Virus record (IMG/VR): IMGVR_UViG_3300005805_000211
Span: 1-38,189 of that record
Length of the DNA: 38,189 bases
DNA from: a virus
Taxonomy: Duplodnaviria; Caudoviricetes
Direction: 5' to 3' (one strand)
Below are positions 9,487 through 18,274 of this stretch, piece after piece. Below the pieces are notes generated by a model. That model saw nothing but the letters and a program-made list of their open reading frames with translations, was not told the origin of the DNA and searched no databases. The translations under genes were made by a program, and so were the position numbers. Each line of letters opens with the position of its first letter. The first letter of the stretch is position 1.

Positions 9487-10107
9487 TTAGTTATCTATTA
9501 GTAATACTTCTTGTTCACTTCGGCGAGTGAATAGTGCTATGACCTCACTCTTGCAAATTGTCTTTTCTATGACTTTGGGTACATCATCACCATCAGCGAG
9601 TCGCTCGGCGAACCATTGAGCTCTATCTTTATCCAGAGTCCACGAAAATCCATCTTCGTTCTTGCCCTCGTGACATCCACGATAGACCGTAAGAGTCTCG
9701 GGTAGTGCTTTGTATTCTTCATACTCGTCAGCGTTCATAATTGCATTACGCTCGGGTCTATCTATCGTGAGTAATTCACGAAGCACGTCTTTGTCTTGCC
9801 ACTGGTTTTCAGTGCCTACACATACGTCACCTAGCAGTGTCCAATATTCAGAGTGGTTATCTATTAGGTGAGCAATCTCATCCAGCGCATTGACTCGGTA
9901 TGGTTTCTCGTGGAGATGAACATACAAACTAAATCTGCCATCCTCTAACGCCTGCTCCGCTTGTAATTTCTTTTGAGAATACATCTTGTTTATTAGTGCC
10001 ACGTCAATAATTCCGATTACGTGAACCAGTGGGTGCGCTAGACGTTTGCCGAAAATCTCGCAATCCACGAAATAGTCATTGAGGTCATCTAGTAATTGTT
10101 CGCTCAT
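9487..10107 (-). CDS. putative ADP-ribosyltransferase-fold protein (R-S-E clade)
   Basis: LTVYRG, GFSWT and EQEVLL in the canonical order. Confidence 0.65.
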   Translation of the reverse strand: MSEQLLDDLNDYFVDCEIFGKRLAHPLVHVIGIIDVALINKMYSQKKLQAEQALEDGRFSLYVHLHEKPYRVNALDEIAHLIDNHSEYWTLLGDVCVGTENQWQDKDVLRELLTIDRPERNAIMNADEYEEYKALPETLTVYRGCHEGKNEDGFSWTLDKDRAQWFAERLADGDDVPKVIEKTICKSEVIALFTRRSEQEVLLIDN

Positions 10108-10113
10108 ACCACC

Positions 10114-10220
10114 AATGTATCAGCACGTTTTCAAATTAGCAAGTTATCGGAAGCCCCCCGTATCCAGAACAAAAGACCAAGCGAAAGAAGCCCCGGCTTT
10201 GCAAGCACAATACGGGGCTT
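10114..10220 (-). repeat. composite cassette element
   Basis: Inverted repeat at 10188-10220, 20-mer at 10142-10161, variant promoter TTGCTA-ATTTG-N12-TACATT, leaderless ATG at 10107. Confidence 0.85.
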
Positions 10221-10326
10221 TATGAGGCAAAAAAAGCAAAAAAAAAGGTATGTCATCGGGTTAACATACCAGACTTACTCAGCCCGTCAGACCGCCGTCG
10301 TTTGGGTAGTTATCTATTAGGGGTGG

Positions 10327-10770
10327 TCAGAGAACGCGGATATTAACGCCTGACCATTCATGCCCTGATGCGTCACCGACCCGACGGTCTATCTCGCTCA
10401 TCGCTCCCTCAATCGCTTCCTGAATGATGTCAGTGATTTCATCTAGTCGCTCGTTCAGCACCGAGTCAGCGTCACCGTCAAGTGTTGGCACTGCGATGCG
10501 GATGGTCGCTCCGAACTCAATCGTGCCGACCGCTTCCTTGACCGTCATTGCTTCGGGTATGTCAAGCCACGCATAAATCGCTTCACGCACTGCCGTGTCT
10601 TGCCACTCGCTGTGTTGCGCACTAAAGTCAGGGTCAGACCCACATAGGTCGCTCACTCGTGCGTACCGCTCGTCAGCTGTCAAGCCACTCGGCATCGTCT
10701 CAAGTGCTTCGGTCAATTTCTCGGCGAGGGCGATGTCGCCCTCATTGGTGTACATTCCAAAATCGTACAT
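10327..10770 (-). CDS. hypothetical protein
   Basis: GAAAGGG SD. Confidence 0.8.
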   Translation of the reverse strand: MYDFGMYTNEGDIALAEKLTEALETMPSGLTADERYARVSDLCGSDPDFSAQHSEWQDTAVREAIYAWLDIPEAMTVKEAVGTIEFGATIRIAVPTLDGDADSVLNERLDEITDIIQEAIEGAMSEIDRRVGDASGHEWSGVNIRVL

Positions 10771-10796
10771 AATGTTTTCCCTTTCTTAGTTATCTA

Positions 10797-11081
10797 TTAG
10801 AGAACATCTTTCAACATTTCTTGGACTTTATCACTGACTTCCTTCAAGTCCTCAACAAGGTTGATGCTGGCAAATCCTGAGATGCCTTGTGCGAACTCAA
10901 TCATAAATTGAACTTTCTTTTGAAGGTCTTGTGATGCCATTGTAATGTCGCCGTCTTGATTGAGATTTTCAAGACTACGAACTACTTGCCTTGCCTGCGC
11001 GAACAGTTTTTCAATTTCTACTGACGCTTGAAGAAAGTTCTCGCTGTGCCATATTCCGTTGATTTTGGTTGATGTGTTCAT
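10797..11081 (-). CDS. hypothetical protein
   Basis: Promoter, CA-rich leader and GAAAGGG SD; TAA stop lies inside the 12-mer motif. Confidence 0.8.
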   Translation of the reverse strand: MNTSTKINGIWHSENFLQASVEIEKLFAQARQVVRSLENLNQDGDITMASQDLQKKVQFMIEFAQGISGFASINLVEDLKEVSDKVQEMLKDVL

Positions 11082-11111
11082 TGTTTTTCCCTTTCGTTGT
11101 GGTGTGGTGTT

Positions 11112-11370
11112 AGCGTATCACAGACGGTACAGACTAGCCACTTATCGGATGCCTCCCGTATTTTTGCAGCGAAAGTTTGAACGGGAGAAGCCCCGGCTTC
11201 GCCGTCTCAAAAGCGGGGCCTTTCCCTGACAGGGCAGAAGTGCGCTTCCGACACGGGGGGCTTCCGATAACTCGGCTGGCGCACACTTCGCTACGCTCGT
11301 GCTTGCCCACAATTTAGCCCGACTATCTCTAATAGATAACTTGGCTAGTCTGAACCCTACTAGGTATAGT
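11112..11370. repeat. bidirectional composite element (polarity switch of the array)
   Basis: Central inverted repeat at 11190-11219; degenerate minus 20-mer at 11142-11159 and plus 20-mer at 11253-11272; divergent promoters at 11140-11112 and 11342-11370. Confidence 0.9.
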
Positions 11371-11408
11371 TAAAGTGTAATAACCACCACACACAAGGGA
11401 GATAAAAA

Positions 11409-11861
11409 ATGGAATTGCTAGAAATGGCAGAACGAGTTGAGAGTGAGATAAATGACACTCTCGGGTTTGAGATAAAGAAGGCTCTACTGATGTCCGTTAC
11501 TGACGGACTATTTGGAGTTGAGTTATCAGCACCATTGGCAAATGGTGATGTCTATGAATTGCTAGAGAATAATGAAACTTTGGAATTAGCGAAACGGTCG
11601 CACACGGTCGCTATCGTCACTTGTGGTTGGGCAGCACCAATTAGTAGTGATGATGATGACGCTAACGAAGTAGCACCAAGCCAACACGCACAACGAAGGC
11701 GAGTTCGTCTAGTCGTGCTTGCTAATCGCACTAGCGTAGTAAGTGTGCTTAGGTTTGGCGATAACCCAACCGAAACAGTTATTGACGAAGGCAAGGCTCG
11801 TGGCTCGCTCGCAGACGCTATCCATACGCTTATGCGTGAGAGTGCTAACAGCCTGAACTAA
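11409..11861 (+). CDS. hypothetical protein
   Basis: AAGGGAG SD; GWAAP...PSQH..RRRVRL motif. Confidence 0.85.
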   Translation: MELLEMAERVESEINDTLGFEIKKALLMSVTDGLFGVELSAPLANGDVYELLENNETLELAKRSHTVAIVTCGWAAPISSDDDDANEVAPSQHAQRRRVRLVVLANRTSVVSVLRFGDNPTETVIDEGKARGSLADAIHTLMRESANSLN

Positions 11862-11883
11862 TCACTAATAGATAACTAATCTC

Positions 11884-11918
11884 ACGCCACGACACTTGCC
11901 CCCCGAGTGTCGTGGCGT
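11884..11918 (+). terminator. hairpin after gene
   Basis: ACGCCACGACAC / GTGTCGTGGCGT. Confidence 0.6.
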
Positions 11919-11994
11919 TGAGTTATCTATTGTGAATAACTATCTGCCCGACACTCAAAGAGAGTTTGCGCCGAGAGCCAACCGTCGGGTCGAA

Positions 11995-12211
11995 GCCCCG
12001 CGACACGCCCGTTTTGGGCGGGGCCTCCCCCTGACGGGGCGGAAGTGTGCTTTGGATCACTCACGGGGGGCTTCCGATAACTCGACTGGCTGGGTCGCGC
12101 TGATGACGGTGCGCCTAGCGTCTGCCTATCTCTAATAGATAACTCTCAAACGGTTCGCGCATTTCTAATAGATAACTATGCCCGACAAGTCTGATACAGC
12201 CGTGATAGCGT
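11995..12211 (+). repeat. composite cassette element
   Basis: Inverted repeat at 11995-12024, 20-mer at 12063-12082, two 12-mers, promoter CGACAA-GTCTG-N12-TAGCGT. Confidence 0.85.
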
Positions 12212-12246
12212 GGCTGTACCACTACTACCACACGAAGGGGCGTTAT

Positions 12247-13419
12247 ATGGATACCACTGAACTACGCGAAGTTATTGTGCCTGCTTATTTAGAAGCCGAG
12301 TTATTAGAGCGCGAGCGCGTTCTAGCAAAGCGTTGTGAGCGTATGGGCGTACCTGCGCCCGTAGTCAAAGTCACGCGCCGATTTATTGACAAGCATCTTG
12401 ACGATTTGGGTCGTGAGTGCGTCACGCCACGCATAGCGTATGTCGTTCACGGTGAGCGACCTGTATTGTCTGGTGGCTGGCAAGTAATCGCAAGCGTTGA
12501 ACATTTCCCTACGGGCAATATCGTGAGCGTTGCGCCATACGCTCGCGCATACGCGCCTACTGATTTACTACACGCGCCTGCGACCTGCGACCACTGTGGA
12601 CATAATCGCGCTCGCAAGTTCACGATAGTTGTTCGCGATAAAGACGGCGTTAGCCATAGGGTTGGTAAGGCTTGCCTGCGTGATTTTACGGGTCATAACT
12701 TGCCTGCTGTCTGGGAGATTTTTGATACTGACTTAAACGAGTGGAGTGATGACGATTTTGCGCGTAATAGTTCTACTCACTCACTCACGGAAATAGTCGC
12801 GTTATCTGTCGCGTCTATAGAAGTTAATGGTTGGCGTAGTTCTACTGACGCAGAAGGTAATCCGACAGAAGGCATTACTACGCGCAAGCGCGTTGAGAGC
12901 GCACTACGCCCTATGCGCCCTGATGACATAATCGCTGTCACTGACGAGCATTATGCTCGCGCTGTATGCGCTATTGAGTGGATTAGTGCGACCACTGATA
13001 GCGAAGGCTATATCGCTAATCTGCGTTCTTTAGTGCTGTCTGGTTCTACGGATAGCAAGCGTATGGGTTTGCTCGTATCCCTTGCCCGTTCTTACGACAA
13101 GCACCTAGAACACGCTGAGCGCAAGGCTGAGCGCGAGCGTGAACGCGCTACCGAAGTTCGCGTACCCTGCCCTATCGGGCGCGTCACGGTAATCGGCAAG
13201 GTCGTATCGGTGGACAGTAAAGATACTGATTATGGTACGCGCCACGTTATGACGGTCAAAGACGACACGGGCTTTACCGTCTGGGGTTCGCAACCTAGTT
13301 CGCTGTATCCGAGCGTTGGAGATCGTATTGAGTTCACGGCAAGCGTTGAGCGTTCAGACCGTGATGAGTGTTTTGGATTTTTTAAGCGACCGACTAAGGC
13401 TCGCCTACTCGCGTTGTAA
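12247..13419 (+). CDS. phage protein with Zn-binding motif and C-terminal OB-fold-like domain
   Basis: CDHC...R.R...VGKACLRDF; C-terminal GKVVSV...YG...VWG...GDRIEF...GFFKRP; GAAGGGG SD favours start 12247. Confidence 0.8.
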   Translation: MDTTELREVIVPAYLEAELLERERVLAKRCERMGVPAPVVKVTRRFIDKHLDDLGRECVTPRIAYVVHGERPVLSGGWQVIASVEHFPTGNIVSVAPYARAYAPTDLLHAPATCDHCGHNRARKFTIVVRDKDGVSHRVGKACLRDFTGHNLPAVWEIFDTDLNEWSDDDFARNSSTHSLTEIVALSVASIEVNGWRSSTDAEGNPTEGITTRKRVESALRPMRPDDIIAVTDEHYARAVCAIEWISATTDSEGYIANLRSLVLSGSTDSKRMGLLVSLARSYDKHLEHAERKAERERERATEVRVPCPIGRVTVIGKVVSVDSKDTDYGTRHVMTVKDDTGFTVWGSQPSSLYPSVGDRIEFTASVERSDRDECFGFFKRPTKARLLAL

Positions 13420-13521
13420 ATCATTAAGTAGAGTTATCTATTAGAGATGAGAAATCATTTTTAATAGATAACTTTTTTACACACGACCTGGCTCGATCAC
13501 TGGGTGTCCGGCACTCGGAAG

Positions 13522-13696
13522 AGCCCCGGCTTCGACGGGTTCGGCGCGGGGCTTTTCCCCAAAAGTGGGGGACTGAATACGGGGGGCTTCCGATAACTCG
13601 GCTGGCGCACACTTCGCTTCGCTTCGTGCTTGCCCACACTCTGAATAATTATCTCTAATAGATAACTCGTCTAGTCTGTACTTTAGCTAGTACGCT
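13522..13696 (+). repeat. composite cassette element (complete)
   Basis: Inverted repeat at 13522-13553, 20-mer at 13579-13598, CTGGCGCACAC block, 12-mer, promoter at 13668-13696. Confidence 0.9.
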
Positions 13697-13726
13697 AATA
13701 AACAACTACTAATGAAGGGATGAGTT

Positions 13727-14074
13727 ATGGCACTTAATAAGTCAGCACTAGATAGGTGGATTACTAGCGAGCCACAATGGCAACCTACGCTAATCACGCA
13801 AGAGAATTACGCCGATTACTTTGGCGATGACTTGCAAATTAACGAACTGAAGTGTGCGTGGGCAACTGGGCAATTCTTCAAAAATGTCGGTTGGATTGAC
13901 TACGAAGGTAGTTATGGATATTCCATATACTTCGTACCATTCTATATGTTGGATGAAGACGGCGAGATATTGGTGAACGCCGAGTCATACGATGAAGACG
14001 AAGCACTACACGAAGCCAACGAACGAAGAATTGACGCCGAGAGGCAAGCACTCAAAGAGGCAGGGGACCTGTAA
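13727..14074 (+). CDS. hypothetical protein
   Basis: GAAGGGA SD. Confidence 0.8.
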   Translation: MALNKSALDRWITSEPQWQPTLITQENYADYFGDDLQINELKCAWATGQFFKNVGWIDYEGSYGYSIYFVPFYMLDEDGEILVNAESYDEDEALHEANERRIDAERQALKEAGDL

Positions 14075-14358
14075 TGGGCAGACAATTTGCAAAGGACTTG
14101 CACGAAGGCATCGTAGAGTTTGCGCTTGGCAGGTCAGAGTCAATCCGCTTGCACTTGGCAGTTAATCACTATCCGCCCGTGCCTGCGCTTATGGTGCCTG
14201 TATGCATTAAGGCGATTGATAGTTATAACGCCAACCTGAACGGCGATGAACTTATTGAATTGCCTGAAGGCGTGTCGTGGCGAGGTAATCAGTCTGCGCC
14301 TGCGTGGGCAATCATTGAGAGTCACCACCTAGAGGAATGGTGCGACTCAGATAGTTAG
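14074..14358 (+). CDS. hypothetical conserved phage protein
   Basis: TAATG coupling; HL..NHYPPVP and IIESHHL motifs. Confidence 0.85.
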   Translation: MGRQFAKDLHEGIVEFALGRSESIRLHLAVNHYPPVPALMVPVCIKAIDSYNANLNGDELIELPEGVSWRGNQSAPAWAIIESHHLEEWCDSDS

Positions 14359-14437
14359 GCGGGCTAACTAAATTGACGGTCTATCTACTAATAGATAACT
14401 TTATGCCGATAGATAGTTACACGCCTGCGCAAGGGCG

Positions 14438-14614
14438 AGCCCCGCTCTAAGCAGTGCAAAGCCGGGGCTTTCCCCAAACAATCAACTTTGGTTTATTACG
14501 GGGGGCTTCCGATAACTCGGCTGGCGCACACTCGCTACGCTTCGTGCTTGCCCACAATCCAGCCCGACTATCTTAATAGATAACTCGTCTAGTCTGTACT
14601 TTAACTAGTACGCT
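14438..14614 (+). repeat. composite cassette element (complete)
   Basis: Inverted repeat at 14438-14469, 20-mer at 14498-14517, block, 12-mer, promoter at 14586-14614. Confidence 0.9.
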
Positions 14615-14647
14615 AATAAATAACTACTAACGAAGGGATGACTAGTA

Positions 14648-15073
14648 ATGGTAATCATAATGAACGACTTGCAGGGAGTCACAGACGGATGGGATGGCAC
14701 TATCACGAATAGTTGCAGTTGCGCCAACTATGACGAAGAGACTGACACTTACACTGCGTCTGACGAATGTTATGGCGATTGTTGGAATACCACGATTGAC
14801 TTACTAGAGAACGACTTAGGCGATTGGATGAGTAATAACCCTAATGATTGGTGGCAAGTTAATGGACTACCACTATGGAATAGGAATGTCAGTGGCTCAT
14901 TCCACGCCGACACGGTTGAAGAATTAGTTCGTGGCATAACCATTGAAGGCGAATGGACATTGCGCTATCGGCTTAACGAGAATGTCTTAGTGTTGCGCCT
15001 ATCGCACCATGACGTGCCAATGGGCAGAGAGTTCACTGTAACCTACGGCGCCGACCCTGACGCATTAGATTAG
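14648..15073 (+). CDS. hypothetical protein
   Basis: GAAGGGA SD; C-terminal SHHDVPMG. Confidence 0.8.
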   Translation: MVIIMNDLQGVTDGWDGTITNSCSCANYDEETDTYTASDECYGDCWNTTIDLLENDLGDWMSNNPNDWWQVNGLPLWNRNVSGSFHADTVEELVRGITIEGEWTLRYRLNENVLVLRLSHHDVPMGREFTVTYGADPDALD

Positions 15074-15134
15074 CGACCTATCTACTAATAGATAACTCTA
15101 TACCGATAGATAGCCACACGCTTGCGCGAGCGCG

Positions 15135-15305
15135 AGCCCCGCTCCAAGCAGTGTAAAGCCGGGGCTTTTTCTGAACAACCAACTTTGGTTTATTACGGGG
15201 GGCTTCCGATAACTTTTTTACTACCTATTTATTTTTTTTATTTATTTTTCTAAATACGAGGGTGCTTGACTTATTCTTTCACTTGCCCTAACTTAATAGA
15301 TAACT
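15135..15305 (+). repeat. composite element followed by canonical sigmaA promoter
   Basis: Inverted repeat at 15135-15166, 20-mer at 15195-15214, TTGACT-N17-TAACTT at 15266-15294, 12-mer over the predicted TSS. Confidence 0.85.
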
Positions 15306-15328
15306 ACTAAACACGAAAGGGATACACA

Positions 15329-15634
15329 ATGAAAACAGAAAGCGAACTAGAAAAGCAATTAAGAATAGACGAGCATTACAGGATATTACTAAAGGGCATT
15401 TGGCGAATAATAATTCCGTCAATAATTATTTTTCTTTTAGTTTATTTTGGTATGCCTAGACCGTCATACACTTGCCCTAATCTTTCTATAACTGTAAAAA
15501 ATGGCGACACACTTGATGGCATAGTGCGTAAACATTGTTCAGGCACTTTCACAGACGCTCTTGACGATATGGTGAGCGAGTACGGCTCAACTATCTACGC
15601 AGGGCAAATAGTCATATTGCCGACCGATAACTAA
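15329..15634 (+). CDS. membrane-anchored LysM-domain protein
   Basis: Hydrophobic TM segment, then TVKNGDTL..I...IYAGQIVILP. Confidence 0.85.
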   Translation: MKTESELEKQLRIDEHYRILLKGIWRIIIPSIIIFLLVYFGMPRPSYTCPNLSITVKNGDTLDGIVRKHCSGTFTDALDDMVSEYGSTIYAGQIVILPTDN

Positions 15635-15646
15635 TAGATAACTATT

Positions 15647-15675
15647 TGGCTAGTCTGTATCTAGCCCGATACTCT
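15647..15675 (+). promoter_or_regulatory. cassette-type promoter
   Basis: TGGCTA-GTCTG-N12-TACTCT after a 12-mer. Confidence 0.8.
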
Positions 15676-15704
15676 AAAAACAACTACTAAACGAAAGAGG
15701 AAAA

Positions 15705-16205
15705 ATGGGATATACACACTATTGGCGCAGACCACGACCTGACGGCGAGCATTACCACACTCACTCAGCGTATATGTTTGGGCAACTCGCATTTGACGCA
15801 TTAAAGATTATTAAACAAGCCGAGCAAGACGGTATCCGTATTCGTAATGGGTACGGTGAGGGCGAGCCTGAGTTTAACGAAGCATTTTTCAGCATTAACG
15901 GTGATGCGAGTGCTTTTAGTGATGACGGCAGAGACTTAGCGCACGAGACTTTTTACTGGGAAGGCATACCAACAATTAGCGAACACCGTAAAGACGAGCC
16001 CGAGACTTTTAACTTTTGTAAGACTGCCTATAAACCTTATGACGCCGTTATTACGGCGATACTCATACGAGCCAAACATATCTACGGCTCTTATGTCTCT
16101 ATCTCATCTGACGGCGACTGGCACGAGTGGCAAACAGGGCGTGAACTCTACGAGCGAGTTTTCGGCGAGGTTGCCGAGTGCCCGTTTAATAAGGTGAGCG
16201 TATGA
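15705..16205 (+). CDS. conserved hypothetical protein (MGYTHYW...HETF...FCKT..KPYD family)
   Basis: Recognisable motif series; GAGG SD. Confidence 0.85.
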   Translation: MGYTHYWRRPRPDGEHYHTHSAYMFGQLAFDALKIIKQAEQDGIRIRNGYGEGEPEFNEAFFSINGDASAFSDDGRDLAHETFYWEGIPTISEHRKDEPETFNFCKTAYKPYDAVITAILIRAKHIYGSYVSISSDGDWHEWQTGRELYERVFGEVAECPFNKVSV

Positions 16206-16357
16206 CCAGCAACCCCGAGAAAGAAAATGAACTCGCATTACTCGCACGGGCTGTATGGGGCGATAGCGCCGTAGAATTCTTGGTGGGTGCTTTATCGTCA
16301 GTAGTAAGCGAAAGTCAGTTAGACGCACTAATCACAAAACTGAAAGAGGGAATATGA
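16202..16357 (+). CDS. small hypothetical protein (51 aa, not in ORF track)
   Basis: ATGA overlaps at both ends; MTSNPEKENELALLARAVWG... Confidence 0.65.
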   Translation: MTSNPEKENELALLARAVWGDSAVEFLVGALSSVVSESQLDALITKLKEGI

Positions 16358-16479
16358 ACGCCGAGACTGAGCAAATAAAAACTACTGAGCCAGCGATAGA
16401 ACTACTATCTACGCCGTGCGTGGAGTGTGGCAAGCGACTATCGCCTGACGAGTTTTACTACGGGCACGACTGCGAATAA
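16354..16479 (+). CDS. small putative Zn-finger protein (41 aa, not in ORF track)
   Basis: GAGGG SD; CVECG...YGHDCE. Confidence 0.65.
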   Translation: MNAETEQIKTTEPAIELLSTPCVECGKRLSPDEFYYGHDCE

Positions 16480-16559
16480 AGTTTCTATCTCTAATAGATA
16501 ACTTTTTCTATCTCTATCTCTAATAGATAACTATTTGCCCAAAAAAAATAGCCAGGCTG

Positions 16560-16768
16560 AGCCCCGCCTGCGCCAAACAGCGCGGGGCTTCGACCTGAAA
16601 AAAACAGACAAATACTTTCGGCAGACACGGGGGGCTTCCGATAACTTTCGCCCACTGGGGTCGTGCGTGAAGGGGTCGCCAACATTTGCTCTTATTATTT
16701 GACGGTGGTGGAAGACCCGACTATCACTAATAGATAACTTGGCTAGTCTGTACCCTTACCGATACTAT
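16560..16768 (+). repeat. composite cassette element
   Basis: Inverted repeat at 16560-16589, 20-mer at 16627-16646, 16-mer at 16700-16715, 12-mer, promoter at 16740-16768. Confidence 0.9.
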
Positions 16769-16822
16769 GAAGGTACTCTCGTTGTACCACACAACTAGAC
16801 CCAACGAGAGTGGAGTAAAATA

Positions 16823-17251
16823 ATGAGTAAGTCCCTGTCAGTAAAGGTGAAGGTGAGTTCGCTCATCTCTGCCTTAGAAAAGGCATTGGCAGACCGTGAA
16901 AAACGGTTTGTTGAGCGAGAAAAAGAACAGGAAAAGTTTGAGAAGGCACAAGAGGCGTACAACCTTGCCGTGCTCAAACTAATCAAGAGTGGCAAAGCCG
17001 AAATCACCGAAGCAAGCAAGAACCACTGGGCAGACCGACACGACAAGAAAAAAGGAAAAACAGCGTTCAATGTGAGTGTCCTTTTGCCGAAGTCATCACT
17101 CCCCGTTGAGCCAGAAAGTCCAGACGGTTATCCAGAACATCAGTACAAGCGTGAAAAAGACGAAATTACACAAGCAATTCGTGTTCTGAAAATGACTGAA
17201 CAAACCGAAGTCTCGGCAAGCACCTACAAGAGCGTGGCTGAATACCTGTAA
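16823..17251 (+). CDS. hypothetical coiled-coil protein
   Basis: GGAG SD. Confidence 0.85.
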   Translation: MSKSLSVKVKVSSLISALEKALADREKRFVEREKEQEKFEKAQEAYNLAVLKLIKSGKAEITEASKNHWADRHDKKKGKTAFNVSVLLPKSSLPVEPESPDGYPEHQYKREKDEITQAIRVLKMTEQTEVSASTYKSVAEYL

Positions 17252-17271
17252 TCCCTAACAGGCTCAACCCA

Positions 17272-17313
17272 AAGGGGTTGGTGGGCAAATCGCCCGCCAA
17301 CCCCTTCTCTTAT
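17272..17313 (+). terminator. intrinsic terminator
   Basis: AAGGGGTTGGTGGGC / GCCCGCCAACCCCTT followed by a pyrimidine/T tract. Confidence 0.7.
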
Positions 17314-17547
17314 TGTGCCGAGTTATCTATTAGAGGTAGATAGTCAAAAGCCAAACAGCAACGAAAATAAATACTAATAGATAACTCATACCACTCTGAA
17401 AGAGTTGCGATACAGCAACGCCCGCAGTCGTGAGTTCGCCTCACGAAGTTCGTTTATGTTTGTCTCTAGGTCAGAGAGCCGTTGAAACATAAATAGTAAG
17501 TCGGACTTATCTAATGCCCCCCGTTCGTTCAGGCTGATGTTGTGAAC

Positions 17548-17745
17548 AAAGCCCCGGCTTGAACGGACTTGATGCGGGGCTTTGTCTGCGTTAAAGAAAT
17601 ACTTAGGCACGGGGGGCTTCCGATAACTGTCATCTCTGCTTTGGTTCACGCAAAAAGAATAACCGAACTGGTGTTCGTATGGCGCAAGTCTCTAATAGAT
17701 AACTGTCTAGGTATGTTGGAAAGTCTGTTATTAGGGGTGTAGGGT
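17548..17745 (+). repeat. composite cassette element with LexA box
   Basis: Inverted repeat at 17548-17583, 20-mer at 17609-17628, 12-mer, promoter TGGAAA-GTCTG-N12-TAGGGT. Confidence 0.85.
17664..17677. promoter_or_regulatory. putative LexA (SOS) box
   Basis: CGAAC-TGGT-GTTCG matches the Gram-positive/actinobacterial CGAAC-N4-GTTCG. Confidence 0.55.
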
Positions 17746-17790
17746 AGTGGCTAGCCACAACCCACACCAACTAGAAAGAAGGTAATCAAA

Positions 17791-18204
17791 ATGGCTACTA
17801 AGACAAAAGTGATAGAAGTGACAGAGAATTATCTAAAAGCCCTAACACTCCAAGAGCAAGCCGAGCAAGTTCTCGCAGAAACAAAAGAGACAATGCTCGC
17901 CGTGTTCCAAGCCGAAGGAATTAGCGAGACAGAAGTGAACGACCTTGTAGTGAAGGTTTCACCGTCATCACGCCGAACCTTTGACATTGAGAAACTCCGT
18001 GAGAAACTCACGCCTGCTTTGTTCCGTAAAGTCACCAAGCCAACAGTAGATACTCGTGCTTGGGATAGCGCACAAGATAAAGGCGAAATCAGCAAGAGAA
18101 TTATTAGCACCTGCGTAGAAGTAAACAACTTCTTTCGGGTCACAGTCAAGCCTGCGAAAGGCGCAGAGAAGCCAGCAAGCAAAAAAGTTAGCGAAGTAGC
18201 CTAA
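17791..18204 (+). CDS. hypothetical phage protein (basic, coiled-coil N-terminus)
   Basis: GAAGG SD. Confidence 0.85.
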   Translation: MATKTKVIEVTENYLKALTLQEQAEQVLAETKETMLAVFQAEGISETEVNDLVVKVSPSSRRTFDIEKLREKLTPALFRKVTKPTVDTRAWDSAQDKGEISKRIISTCVEVNNFFRVTVKPAKGAEKPASKKVSEVA

Positions 18205-18274
18205 CTTGTCAAGTTTGTAGTGGGGGTTAAATGCCCCCATTACACTAATAGATAACTACTAGAAAGGGGCAGAA

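Noticed and set aside
11896-12246. ORFs lying over repeat elements (11896, the 12178 extension; similarly 13424, 16491, 23650, 22805)
   Set aside because: They translate the non-coding repeat itself. The SD-supported starts lie downstream.
17386-17649. Minus-strand ORF with a coiled-coil-like tail
   Set aside because: The 5' half runs through the repeat element. Only about 34 codons could be real and no RBS is evident.
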